Assembly: GCF_001194135.2 (NCBI RefSeq)
Contig: NC_068990.1
Span: 57,742,285 to 57,802,841, forward strand
Direction of reading: 5' to 3'
DNA length: 60,557 nt
Source: Octopus bimaculoides
Lineage: Eukaryota
Part shown: piece after piece, positions 12,722-26,416 of the stretch
Numbering within the stretch: position 1 is the stretch's first letter
How the letters are laid out: every line of letters starts with the position of its first letter
Translations under genes and position numbers: made by a program
Notes under the pieces: generated by a model
Seen by the model: only the letters and a program-made list of their open reading frames with translations
Database searches by the model: none
Told to the model about the DNA's origin: nothing

Positions 12722-13432
12722 TTACGTTTGTATAACACCACTTTTCTGAAGACGCAGTTGCGCAACTTACTCCAACCCAGCATCAATCACCTAGAAACTT
12801 AATGCAAAACGATAAGCATAAATAACACCGACTAAACTTACGCAGCTTAACAGCAACATGAATATAACACGCACAGGCGCGGACGCACGCGCACACACAG
12901 AGGTGCGCGCATCTACCGCACTGACGGCAGAGAATAACACAATTGGCGCATTCGGAGATACCATACTTGTGCAGTAAAAAGAGCCAAGAGTAGTAGTATA
13001 CAAACACTACAAGAGATCCATCATGAATTACGCAAGGGCAAGGCGTGAAGCTGATCGTTTCGTAGCAAACCATCAAAAATTGCAAATAACACAAACACAA
13101 TGCACTTCGTATCGTCATAGGTTAGCAAAAATACATTATCTGTCATCTGATTATGTTTCAAATATTTCGGCTTCACAAGGATGATGCAACAGTACAAATT
13201 GATAATTCAATACTTGTAATATAACGGTTTCGAACAGATGAATAATAAAATAATCAGCAATCACACATTTTGCCCCAGTTACTAATTCTGCCCAAACATG
13301 GAATTTCTGATGTATATCAAATATGATGACATCAGGTAACAAATGACCGTGGATGAGCTTTGCATAGCATTCTACAGGGTTTTTACCCGAATCTTGTTTA
13401 ACTATATACATGCATATATATATATAACCCTA

Positions 13433-13479
<47 letters not shown>

Positions 13480-13605
13480 GTTTATAGTTTATATATACAT
13501 ACATACACGTTTATGAGATTGTGTTGCAAGATTCCTGATGTGGAAGTCGTATGTTGAAATACATATTTTATTTCGAGATGGTCATACTTTTGCCAAATAG
13601 ACACA

Positions 13606-13792
13606 CGCACTATATATTAGTTCTTCATTCGTTTATTACTGTCCTTATTCTAACTCATGTCTATTGTCCACGCACGAAGACTGAAAGTGTCGCTGAGGAG
13701 ATTACAAACGTGTGATGTAAGATTTCCGGATATTGGACATGAGTTAGAATACGAACAGTGATAAACGAGTGAAGAACGAATATATAGTGGGT
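13606..13792. repeat. Long imperfect inverted repeat (~64-bp arms, 58-nt spacer)
   Basis: Perfect 15-bp core ATTCTAACTCATGTC (13647-13661) / GACATGAGTTAGAAT (13736-13750); pairing extends on both sides. Confidence 0.85.
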
Positions 13793-13852
13793 GCGTTTGT
13801 TTGAGAAAAAAACAACAACAGAAAGAAGACAATGACCATCCCAAATACAACA

Positions 13853-13896
<44 letters not shown>

Positions 13897-14669
13897 NNNN
13901 NNNNNNNNNNNNNNNNNNNNNNNNNNNNNNNNNNNNNNNNNNNNNNNNNNNNNNNNNNNNNNNNNNNNNNNNNNNNNNNNNNNNNNNNNNNNNNNNNNNN
14001 NNNNNNNNNNNNNNNNNNNNNNNNNNNNNNNNNNNNNNNNNNNNNNNNNNNNNNNNNNNNNNNNNNNNNNNNNNNNNNNNNNNNNNNNNNNNNNNNNNNN
14101 NNNNNNNNNNNNNNNNNNNNNNNNNNNNNNNNNNNNNNNNNNNNNNNNNNNNNNNNNNNNNNNNNNNNNNNNNNNNNNNNNNNNNNNNNNNNNNNNNNNN
14201 NNNNNNNNNNNNNNNNNNNNNNNNNNNNNNNNNNNNNNNNNNNNNNNNNNNNNNNNNNNNNNNNNNNNNNNNNNNNNNNNNNNNNNNNNNNNNNNNNNNN
14301 NNNNNNNNNNNNNNNNNNNNNNNNNNNNNNNNNNNNNNNNNNNNNNNNNNNNNNNNNNNNNNNNNNNNNNNNNNNNNNNNNNNNNNNNNNNNNNNNNNNN
14401 NNNNNNNNNNNNNNNNNNNNNNNNNNNNNNNNNNNNNNNNNNNNNNNNNNNNNNNNNNNNNNNNNNNNNNNNNNNNNNNNNNNNNNNNNNNNNNNNNNNN
14501 NNNNNNNNNNNNNNNNNNNNNNNNNNNNNNNNNNNNNNNNNNNNNNNNNNNNNNNNNNNNNNNNNNNNNNNNNNNNNNNNNNNNNNNNNNNNNNNNNNNN
14601 NNNNNNNNNNNNNNNNNNNNNNNNNNNNNNNNNNNNNNNNNNNNNNNNNNNNNNNNNNNNNNNNNNNNN

Positions 14670-14700
<31 letters not shown>

Positions 14701-15355
14701 CATTTATAATATATATACATGTGAACATGTTTATATATATATATGTGTGTGTGTGTGTCTGTGTGCATGAATATAAATGTAAATATATGAGTGTGTACGT
14801 GTGTGTATATATATATATATGTGTGTGCATATATATATATTTATAAATGGCTGTATATATTCGTATATGTACATATATATATATATGTTTATATATATAT
14901 GTATATGTATGTCTACATATATGTATACATATATATGTATATATATATTTATGCATTTTGCAGTTATTTTGAGGAGTCAAAAAGTCGCTTTTGTGATCGA
15001 AGGCCGTTTGTTTCTTGTGTGACCCTTTTCCAGTCAGCGTTGTGGTAGCTAATGGCATGAGTGTTTCCGATATAACAAATATTGTTCAGTATTTTCTCTG
15101 AATCAGGAATAATGCATGAGAATCGGACTCATAGGATGAGGAAATTTGTAGCAATAAAAGATTGTTAATGAGCATAAACATTCATACATACATAAATACA
15201 TAATACATGCATACATAAATACATATATACATACATACATACATACATACGTACGTACATACATACATACATACATGCACACATACATACATACACTAAC
15301 ACACATTCACTCACAAACACAAACATACATGCAACACACACACTCATATATATGC

Positions 15356-15428
<73 letters not shown>

Positions 15429-15572
15429 TGTATATAAAATATATAGCTCCATTATATATGTAAAACTATATACATATACGTATAATATAGATATGTGTGT
15501 GTAAATATTATGCTTATATATAATCATATATTTATTTATATATAAAGTGAAGTCTATATGTGTATGTATAGA

Positions 15573-15624
<52 letters not shown>

Positions 15625-15680
15625 NNNNNNNNNNNNNNNNNNNNNNNNNNNNNNNNNNNNNNNNNNNNNNNNNNNNNNNN

Positions 15681-15725
<45 letters not shown>

Positions 15726-16392
15726 ATATACATATGATATATATATACATATCAAAGAGAATTAGTAAATAAACAAACATTTCGCAAATGTTAATAACCA
15801 AGTCGTAAGCAACTCTTTCTAAAACATGATGTGTGTATGTGTATGTGTATATTCGTCTATGTCTGTATGTGTAGTAGATATGTTTCTACATCTGTGTGAA
15901 CTCGCGTACACATGAATTGCATGATTTTCATTTGATTGCTGTTTTGTTAGTATTTCTTTTATCACTTAATTTGATTATTTTCGCCCGTTGTTGTTATTGT
16001 TGTTGCTACATACATTTATGATTTAATTATAGACTTCCAAACACATCACCTTAGCTCCGTGCTATACCTCATGTCAGGGTACATGAAAATTACATTTCCC
16101 ATCATCCTTATCATCAACGTCCTCGTCGTCGTCGTGGTAACCATCAGCTTCACCATCATCATCATTACTATCAACATCAACATATTCCTTTTTTCTTCTT
16201 ATTTTTGTTGTTGATGTTCTTGTTATCGTTGCTTGCTATTGATCCGGATATAGTTAATACCGTTATTGTTGTTGCCGCTACTAATGCTCTTACTGTTGTT
16301 GTTGTGATTTTTGTTATAAAATGTTTCCCAGAATTTGTGAAAGAATGATGGATAACATGTTGAGATCTATGACAATTTTCGTATATTTGCTT

Positions 16393-16775
16393 ATCATTTA
16401 CTTCTTTCAGTCATTAGATTGAGGCCATGCCGGGGCACTGCCTTGAATGATTCTTAGTCGAACCAATTGACCTCATTACAGTACATTTTTTGTTTTCAGC
16501 CTGGTAATTATCCAATCAGTTTCTGATGCCAAGCCGCGAAGTTGCGGGGACGTAAATATTCCAATACCAGTTGCCAAGCGGTGCAGGCACGCGCGCGCAC
16601 GCATATATATGACAGGCTACTTTCAGTTTCCCTCTACTAAATCCACTCACAAGGTTTTTGTTGGCTTGAAGCTATAGGAGAAGACATTTGCCCAAGGTGC
16701 CACGTAGTGGGAGTGAACTCCAAACTATGTGCTTCAGAAGCAAACTTCTTACCACATGGTCATGCCCATGCCTAT
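16393..16775 (-). mobile_element. SINE family A
   Basis: TTTCAGTCATTAG...GGCCATGC, AAATCCACTCACAAGG, CCCAAGGTGCCACG, CTTCTTACCAC. Confidence 0.9.
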
Positions 16776-18120
16776 ATATTGCAGTGTTTGCTTGTTCTAT
16801 GTTACATTTATAGTTGTTTTTGTTCAAATCCTTATCTACCCTTATCAAGCAAACCTATAATGAAAGCATTCCAGATGTATCAACAGTAATAATAGTCTTC
16901 AATGCATATTTCGATCGAAGGGTCTTTTAACTCGATACGTGCATATTGCAAGGCTAAATTCGAACTGGGGATAGGGCCAACAACTTGGGGGTTCTGCAGC
17001 CATTGTGAGCCAATAATCCTAGGTTAGTCCTGACTGATCAGATATATGACTAAAAGTATTCAAGCTGTAATCACACTGTGTTTTTGTCTATTTGGAACAA
17101 CTCCGTTCAGTGTGTCCTTCCGGTTTAATGATCCTAATTCGAGTAAATATGGCTGCTATTTCGAGCGGTGCTTGTGATCAAAGAGATTCTCTCTTGCAGT
17201 GTCTTGCTAAGACAACTGAAGCTATTTATTTTGAATGAGATAGACAATGTTGACGGTATTGAGTTATTACAATTCTTGCTATTCTAATTATTGCTATCCA
17301 ACCCCAAGTGAACCCTGATCTAGTTGTTATCATCCCATTCTCAGAGCATCTAGGACTACCGTAACCAATGTGATCATCCACTTTTTAAAATAGCAGATTG
17401 TAATTTTGAGAAAAGTTTGGCTTCTATTCCTAATAGTTTTATTGATCAGGAGAGGCTCCTTCATTGCCTCACAGTTTATGGTGCGTGTGTGTGTGTGTGT
17501 GTATGTGTGTGTGTGTTTGTGTTTGCGTGTGCCTGCACTTACCGTCCCTTGTACAAGTATTCTTGTACAATGCCGTCCAAAGTCTATAAGCAGAAGGCTA
17601 CACTACACCGCAGCACCATTCCAATCTTATGAGCAGGATTACAATTTGGTTTGCAGAATGCTGAAGCATTGCCTAACCTTGAAGAGGTAGCTACGGTGTG
17701 CTATTAGGATGGTTATATGTAACATCAAGAGTATTATTTAGATGCAGACAAAATAGTTTTGCTGAAAGTTTGTTCATATTTGTGCACATATAATTGAAGT
17801 CAGTCATTCCTTTCATCACCCGCTGCAACAGAGTGATCTGAAATATTACGTCTTTAGTTCAAGAGTTAAGGTTCAAATAAAGTCCTTTCTATTTAGAGCA
17901 TTCTATAACAGACACGGTCAAGAGTCTTGTAAATATCAGGGGAATTAATAATTTTCACGTTGAGTTCTAAACAGCATGCCTCCTGTAAATTTGGTCCTAT
18001 GGAAAGAAGATGTTATTAAACCTTTAAAACTGATTTCATAACTAATTCCATATTAAGCTCAAAGAAAAGCTGCATGTAAATTGTAGGTACTTTAGACAAA
18101 GCACATTTCTCCTTTAGAGT

Positions 18121-18139
18121 CCACAATAGAGGGCAGCAG
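18121..18139 (+). promoter_or_regulatory. CTCF-like binding motif
   Basis: CAATAGAGGGCAGC resembles the CCASYAGRKGGCRS consensus; sits in non-repetitive AT-rich DNA. Confidence 0.3.
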
Positions 18140-21100
18140 TAGACGTTTATGCAGCTTTTTGGCCACTGTAAACATTACTGTCAGATACACCTTCAATCGG
18201 GAATTGAAGCCTTATTTGCAAAGCTATTATTTGTTACACTTCATGTTTCAAAGCAAGTTTATGTAAATATTGTTTTAGAGTCAACTATTATAATCAAATC
18301 TGACATTGCTTGAATGGTGGTGGTTAAACACGGGAAAAATTTCATTTGATTAAAATAACTTGAAACTCTCTTATTGAAGAAATCAAATATAAAGAAGGGG
18401 AACGCTATATAATATCACTGGTGATGGATTTAACATGTCTCTTTCCTAATATTCCTTTTAGAAAGTTATCATTCAGCTTATTCGCTGCGTGAGGTTCAGA
18501 AATCATATTGCGTCTTGCATGTACAAGAAAACTGTTCAAAAATAAACGATCGCTGATTGCTTGAAGCTATTTCATATTTACCAAAGAAGTGTAGGATTCT
18601 CAGTAGTGTCTCTGATTGAATTCACACCGGACAAGATTTCTATCTCCCCTGAGGATCAAAACATTCTGAGATTGAAATCCAGGAAATGCTGTTGCGAACA
18701 GCTTAACATAGTTAATTGCAAAGTAACTTTTACTCTTTGACTAAAGCTCACTAAATTCACAGAGAGGTACCATAATATTCCCTTTGTCGAAGAGCAAGAT
18801 TTCCAGCTGAGTAAACGGAATTTTAAACTTAAACTTTTGGTGAAAACTAGTTGAGATCAGAAATCATTTGCTTTTGTAATTCATTCTCACAGAAAAGATT
18901 ACTTGGAAGTGTGTGTGTGTGTATATGTGGTTACAACACTCTGAATTCAGTTATTTCTTCAAGAGTGACACAAAAGTGTGAATAATGCAGTCTTATCTAA
19001 GACTGTCTGATGTAAAGCTCATTTAGAAGGCCTTCCGGATATTAAATGTTTAAGAAAGATAGCGTTATAATTAAAGTGTTTTTCAGTATAACTTTATTGG
19101 AATTTTTCGATATTGTTACCGAATAGATGTAAATATATAAAGAACACAACATGCGGCGGATTCAAAAATTTTCATTGGTTTTTCTTGTTGAATAAGTTGA
19201 GAGATGGGTTGATGATAAAATGATTAACAATGAAACAAAGATAAAGCAAATTCAAGATGTTTCAATAATATTTGAATAAAAAAATAATTCATTTTAGTAA
19301 TTATCTTTTTATAAGGCTGAATGAAACTCTATAGGCGAAATGAAATGTATGTATTTTTAAAAATAGAAACGCAGTAGATTTTCTTTAAGGATATACCCGA
19401 TTAAATCAAGACAGTGTACTTTCGGAAGGAAAAGTTAAATCCATTGATATTGGAAATATTTATGTAATGAAATATAATTAAAGCTGTGTATCTAATCGAA
19501 CGCTATAGAACCATTCATATCACCTTCAGGGCAACGAAATACTTCTTTTGACGAAGCCCTACATATATTTTATGAGAATGTAAAATCTATGGAAGTGGAT
19601 ATATGAGAAATAGATTCAATTACAAATTTAAAACACGTTTATAGGGGAAAATATTAATTCACAAACTTAATTTATTAATGTCAAACGAACGAAAGGTAAA
19701 TATCAAGGTTTGACAAAAATAAAAGGAAACACAAAATTACAATAGTTCTGTTGTATGACCATATATTTAAAGCGTTTGAAACATTATTTTTGGTTTCTTT
19801 TCTCACAGCAGAATATCACGCCTTAAAGCAACTTATTAAGTGTTTCGATGAATACTATATTTACGTTACGATACACACGATGAACCATTTCTGTGTTAGT
19901 ATCTATGTTAGTATATATACAGTCTATGTTAGAATGGATATAAATAAATATATTTTAATAACATTGACATTGTGAGAATACATTAGGTTTAATAATTACA
20001 TTAAATATTTATAACCTCATATTCTAACCATATTTATGAACTCTTAAATGTCGAGAACTTTTTATTTTCACAATGTCGGTCATACGTATATCTCAATTCT
20101 TTTTTCCCGTTGCATAATGTCAGCGGGTCATGATTTTGACAAATATGTACATTTTAAATAGTTGAATGTAGTCAGGCTATTCTAATGTCCATTTTGCTTC
20201 TCGCCAAAATAATGATTGAAATATTGATTCAAAAAACAACTTCGAGAAAGAAATATTTTCTCAAATAAACTGAAGCTAACTTATCGATTTTGGACACGGG
20301 AAGTGTTGTGATAAAAGTTGTATATTCGTATTACCTTGTGATTCTAGCTTTGTTTTATTGTGATTATGCAAGAAATTAATTTTATGATGCCATCTATAAT
20401 GTAGAGATAACGCTGATGCAGGTATGTTAAAAATAGTGAGCTGCAGTTTCCGAGAAAATTAGTTCTACTTTGGCAGACGCTAATAAATTTGTACGGAAAA
20501 AGATCAGTCGACTGAAACATAACACTAAATTACAGGTATTTATTATACAAACTCCGAAGAGATTAAAAACAAATCAACATTAGCGGGATTTGAACGCGGA
20601 AGGTAAAAGGACTACGAAAAAACAGCCAAAATTAGCAACAAGACTGGCAAAAATCTTTAGCTTTCAATAGTGAATAGAAATATTAAACAGTACACACTAA
20701 TAGACGACAGTGAACACCAGTGAACGAAGGTTAACAACATTTAATTTTAAATAAGACATGTAATATTAAAGAACTCTCGATGACACGGAGGTGTATTGGA
20801 CGAGTTGTGAGGATGAGAAATGTTTAGATGCTTGAGAATGATTGATAAGGAAGATGGCTGCATTCGTGGGTCTGGAGACAAAATACTCAACAACAATATC
20901 GATATATTTACTGAGACTAAGCTGACGGTATCGTGGATACGCAGTACGGGTTCTTCTGAGTGTGAATGAAGCAGATCAGATATTTGTGTCTCTGGTAGGA
21001 TTTGCCATTAAAACAAATCAGCATCACGGAAAATTTGAGTAAGAGTCGACTGTTGTTTGTATCGCAGATGTGTTTCAGAGTCCTCATCAGGAAGATATGC

Positions 21101-21374
21101 TATTTCATCTTAATCAATGATTACATTCCTACGATGATTAAGCCGAATGTCCTAAAGAGAAGTGCAGAACTATGAATCATCATGTCTGTTTATATAAAAT
21201 AGACTAATTTTAAGTATTAAGGTCGATATTATCGACTTAAACTTCCAGACAAATCGAAACTTTGCTTTCTGAATATCTGAAAGCTGTTGTAATATTTCAG
21301 TTGAAGTATTTATGGAAAAAAAAATTTTGAATCATTTTGATTTAAATTACTTTTTCTTTTATGTTTTCTTTTAA

Positions 21375-21787
21375 TAGTCTAAGTCATTGGACTGCGACCA
21401 TGCGGGGGTATCGCCTTCAAAGGATTAGTGAAACAAATTGAAATTAGCCGAACAGCTAAGTTACGAGGACATAAACTAACCAACACCTGTTGTCAAGTGA
21501 TGGTGGGGTCTGAGCACAAACACAAAAGCATAGAAACAAACACCTGCACAACACACACCTATGCACACATGCGCACATACACAAACACACACACACACGC
21601 ACATACACACACATATGTATATATACATACGATGGGCTTCTTTCAATTTCCGTCTACTAAATCCACTCACAAGGCTTTGGTCGGTCTGGGATTATAATAG
21701 AAGACACAAGCCCTAGATGCCATGCAGTGGGGTTAAACCCAGAATCATGTGATTGGAAGCAAACTTCTTTCTATACAGCCACACCTG
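21375..21787 (-). mobile_element. SINE family A
   Basis: Tail GTCATTGGACTGCGACCATGC, internal (CA)n, AAATCCACTCACAAGGCTTTGGTCGG, head CAGCCACACCTG. Confidence 0.9.
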
Positions 21788-22035
21788 GAACTATTGTAAA
21801 CACTTCTTCGACAAAAAAAAAATATGCACAAGGGTTTTTTGAATATCTTAAGTCACACAAAATATTAGGTAACATTTTGGGGTGTAAGGAATGATTATAA
21901 ATCAACAAAAGTAATCCTTAATTTTCCAGTCTCAGTAATAGTATCTCACGAGAATTTACAAATCTATTTATTTAATAAGCTCTACACTAATATATATAAA
22001 GCGGTGCAAGTGTGGTCGAGGGCAATAATTTATGT

Positions 22036-22284
22036 TAATGGTTCTCAACCGGGGTTCCACATAAGATTTTGTTGTTAAAGTTTATATGCTATGAATTGGT
22101 TATATGCTTCTATAATAACAACATTTTAGACAAATTTGAACTTTTCATAATATTTTATAGAATTCTTAATAATATTTAATTATAAATTACAATAGGATGT
22201 TTTAAAACATTGAATGGCTATGGGGGTCCAGTAGAGAAAAATAGGAATCAAAGGGATTCAACCAAAAATGGTTGAAAGCCATTG
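22036..22284 (-). mobile_element. hAT (Charlie-like) MITE, opposite orientation to the 36.5-kb copy
   Basis: Terminal AATGGTTCTCAACC / GGTTGAAAGCCATT; internal sequence matches the reverse complement of 36482-36807. Confidence 0.75.
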
Positions 22285-24927
22285 ATTTGCTTGAACATAT
22301 TTAATGAAAACCTAGAACACAAAGTTTCGGACAAAATCTAGACTATACATTCAGTGAGACTCGCTAAGTTATTGGGTTATTTAAGAATAACATTATAATT
22401 CAAAGAGTGTAAAGTTTCTAGCAATTATAAACAAAGTAGTGTGGCTTCAATAGAAGAAAATAACAACAGAAATTGGATATTTTATAATATGTTGTCGATA
22501 CGATACAATGTAATAAAAACATTAGTTATTCAAATACTTCGACATCAGATCAGTATTAATTAATATTATAGCAACAATCGCAATTTTACAAAACAAGATT
22601 TGATCGAACACTTTTCAGACTATACATAAACTATGTTCACAAGTTTCTTATACTGATAACATATTTTACTTGTGGCATTAAATTCATTAAGGACCAAAGA
22701 AACCTGTTCATGCAAAATGAAAATAATGGCTCCTTTTCTGATTCATCCATTCTTCAATGATATCCAATCTGAATTGTTGTTTTACTATGAAACATATTTA
22801 ATTCTAACTGAAAGAATAATGTTATCATTGCAAGAGAAATATGATCTTATAAGGGCGACTCTTCTCTTCATACAGGAGATGCAATTGAAATTGTGTTTTT
22901 GCTCGTAGAATCAAGTAGGTGGGAACAATTCTATGAAATACTTCTATCTTGTATCTGATCTATAAAAATGTCATGCTCTTGACTTTTGCCTTGGAACGAC
23001 TATATACATTGACATTTAGAAGATCTCCACTTGCTCTTGAAATAATTTTCTTTACATCAAAAGATGCCTTAAATTGGAAACTAGGAACCAATAAGAAAGA
23101 GCACTGAGTTACAAATTATATTGTATGCGCTCATCAGTAAAGAAGCCTTGGGTCAGTTAAAATCATTAAAATATACTGTTTTCAAATCAATATTTTGTAA
23201 GATGTGTTCAGTACCCACGTTTACAACTAATATTGCATCATTCGTTGAAGACTGAAGAAAACTCATCCCAAATCAATTTCTTAGATTAGTCATTAACCAA
23301 TCATTAACAACATAGCTTGTTTATAAAAAGTCTGACTGAGTTCAATCAGAATCTTCTTGATTGGAGGCACTTCGTCTGTGACTCATGAAAAATATCGTGT
23401 GAATTGTAACAGTAATCCGGATTTTAATCATGATCTTTGTTGAGGTTCTAAGTGTGTAATATCTCCAAACAGCCGGGAAATATGACAAAAACACAATAAT
23501 TTATTTTTCTCTTCTATATCATATATTTTTTCTTTTGCAATTATTAACAAAAGGACGTTACATATAGAATATAAATAATAAACAATAAACAGCTGAATAT
23601 AGGTCAATACATTTATGTTTTGCACAGATGTAATATAGTATCGCATATATTATTTCTAGCTTGTATTATTGAGCATAATATGAATTGTCTTGTGTTATAC
23701 CAATATTACATTTGACTGTACGCTCCAGTATTATATAAAACATGCTATCTAGTGTAAGATTCATAAAACGTGTTTTATGTTTTGCAATCGTTGTGGATAA
23801 TATTGTTCTTAATGCATATAGTCTCTAAAATATATATAATATGTTTCTTCTCCTTTGATATGAAAAAAAGGCTTTCATTTAAAACATCTGAAAGCCATAC
23901 GCAAAGCCATCGGCTGTTATACTTATTTTTGTTAGAGCCATAAAACCTTGGTTAGATCAGCAAACCTGCTTGAGTTGTAATTTGAGGAATGTGATTATAT
24001 TGTGTTATTGCTGAAACAATATTGACACATTCTTTTAGGCTGTGGCAAACGATGAGAACATAAGAAAGAGTTGAAAGTATTAGCAATGTTGCGTCACCAA
24101 ACGATTAGGGCTCTTTATTAGTTTGAATAGCAATTCTGGCAAATTATCTCTTTTAATGTTTTCTATTTTATATCTAACTTAGAGGATTAAAAAGCGAACA
24201 TCCGACAAAAAAAATTGAGAGCAAACATTGCAAATGCTTTCAATCAACTGTGAAGTTATCTTACAATATTAAGGATGTTTTCTTTGTGTGTGGGGTAGGG
24301 GCGGAATTTTCGAAAATTCTCTTAGTCTTGCTTTTTGGTGCAGTTTAATATTTTGTTGGAATTTTTCTTCGTTGATGCCTATGGGAAACTCGTGGACAGA
24401 GAAGGAATTTAAAATGACTGCAGCTCTAGCCATGAACGAGTGATGGAGTGTTACTAACGAGGTATATCGAGATATAAAGCACAATGAGAATAACTAAAAC
24501 AAAAGATATCGGTGTACGTGGCTGTAAAATTTTAAAAATGTATGTGAATTAAAACACTCATAAACCCCTTGTGCATAAAACTTTTGTTGAAAAATGTTAT
24601 ATATAGATATATGTCTTATACACAAGACTTTTGTTTTGTTTATGACAGTCCTCTAGTATCATTTTATTGATTAAAAGTCGTTTTTACTCCCATAAAAGTG
24701 ACTTTTATACCCTTTTTGTTCGTAATCAGCGATTATTTGCTCGAACACTTCGGTCTGAGTATTCATTTACCTGTCTTCACTTCTACAATCGTGGGACATT
24801 TTGCAATATTTGTATTCTTATTTGTATCATTATTTGCTCGAACATATTTTTGAATCTGTTGGATGTTTATGTCAGTCAACATGTTATTCCTTATGATGTT
24901 CCTGCGAACATTAGCTAACTTACTGGA

Positions 24928-25136
24928 TTCAAATTTTGGCACAAGGCCAGCAATTTCAAGGGAGGAGTAAGTTGATTGCATCGACCCTAGTATTCAAGTG
25001 GTACTTATTTTATCTTCCCCGAAATAATGAAAGACAAAGTCGACCTCCACGGAATTTGAACTGACAACGTAAAGGCGAAATAATTGTCACTAAGCATTTT
25101 GCCCAGCGAGCTAAAGTTTCTGCTTGCTCACCGCTA
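24928..25136 (-). mobile_element. SINE family B
   Basis: GGCACAAGGCC...ATCGACCC...GGTACTTATTTTATC...AAAGTCGACCTCCACGGAATTTGAACT. Confidence 0.88.
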
Positions 25137-25624
25137 TTGCTATTTTTGTGGTCTATTTGGTAGGGTCTTTCTTCATCCACTCTAAGTATGCTTGTTCTGA
25201 ATTAGATCTACCCAATAGAGACTACTTTGCAATATAATACGTCTCAAGAACATCCATGCATTCTTATCTAGTCCAGCCTTGTCTTGATTTAGGTTTATAA
25301 TATGATGATGCCAGGCATGAAGTGCCCTTGTCTGAAGGTACCCTCTTGAAAACATTTTTCATACATGTGTTTTGGGAAGTGATCAAACCACAAGCAAACG
25401 TTTCTATTCCAGATTTGTATGATTAAGAGATACAGTCGTTCTTTTTACGCGAGTGAGAACTAATTCATTTTCTTTGCTAGGCATCTCCTCTAAACGTGTG
25501 TATTGTCTCTATCGCCAATGGAATACTATTATAGTGATTCTATTATATGAGGTTCCTGCGAGAAGGAAACATATCCAGTTATTTCCTTCATCCCATGCTC
25601 AAGTTCCCTTATTACTGTTTCGAC

Positions 25625-25628
25625 ATTA

Positions 25629-25681
<53 letters not shown>

Positions 25682-25699
25682 GTTATTATTATTATTATT
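25625..25699. repeat. (ATT)n microsatellite
   Basis: Read directly; source of the spurious poly-Y and poly-N ORFs. Confidence 0.95.
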
Positions 25700-26237
25700 G
25701 AGTGAGTGAGAAACGCACGCCATCAAAGTGAAACTGGGTAAAATATACGAAACCCAATATACCCATCTGATAACGGTACACTAGGCACATGCATCACAAC
25801 CATATTTGCACGACATGGTGATCATATATCAAAGGAAACAGCACATGACCTCGCAGGTGGGAACCCAGTTAGAATTTTCTTCAGGTTGAGTAGTCACTCT
25901 CGCTCAAAAAGTCCCTGAATAAGATTTGTTTAAGGATGATGAACAAAACACCCATGTTTCCAGAAGTGAATTATTCAAACCCCAAAGACTTCCTCTCAAC
26001 ATTATGACTATGATGCTCCCCCATTACTTCTGCTCGTGATCAGAGATGCACATATCGTCAGCCACTAAGGGACATGTTCAACTGGTTAAGGTCAAACAGC
26101 TGACAAGCAAATTTGTAGTATTGAATAGAATATTTGCCGTAACCCATCTTTTATACCAAGACAAAACAATGTACATAATAATACTTCCAATCAGTTAAGA
26201 TCAAAAGCCATAAGAGCCACTGCCTGGTACTGCATCA
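25700..26237. mobile_element. Interspersed element family C, copy 1 (~540 bp)
   Basis: Colinear and highly similar to 26417-26979 over its whole length; abuts (ATT)n; no tRNA head or ORF seen. Confidence 0.8.
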
Positions 26238-26260
26238 TGACATTTATTATTACTATTATT

Positions 26261-26400
26261 TCAAATTCCACGGAGGTCGACTTTGCTTTTCATCCTATCA
26301 CGGTCAATAAAATAAGTGTCAGTTGAGTACTGGGGTCGATGCAATCGACTTAACCCCTCCCATCAAATTTCAGACCTTGCGCCTTTAGTAGAAAGGATTA
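26261..26400 (+). mobile_element. SINE family B, 5'-truncated
   Basis: TCAAATTCCACGGAGGTCGACTTTGC...AGTACTGGGGTCGATGCAATCGAC...GAAAGGATTA. Confidence 0.88.
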
Positions 26401-26416
26401 TTATCATTATTATTAC

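Noticed and set aside
17005-17170. Possible additional repeat family shared with about 53745-53915 (AATAGCAGCCA block)
   Set aside because: Similarity by eye is limited to short blocks, so boundaries cannot be supported without a consensus
17543-17583. 41-nt minus-strand segment with a good acceptor and a G|GTAAGT donor
   Set aside because: Too short, all three frames open, and no linking evidence
24269-24393. Possible minus-strand terminal exon GINEEKFQQNIKLHQKARLREFSKIPPLPHTQRKHP*
   Set aside because: Supported only by an acceptor-like site; no homology or partner exon
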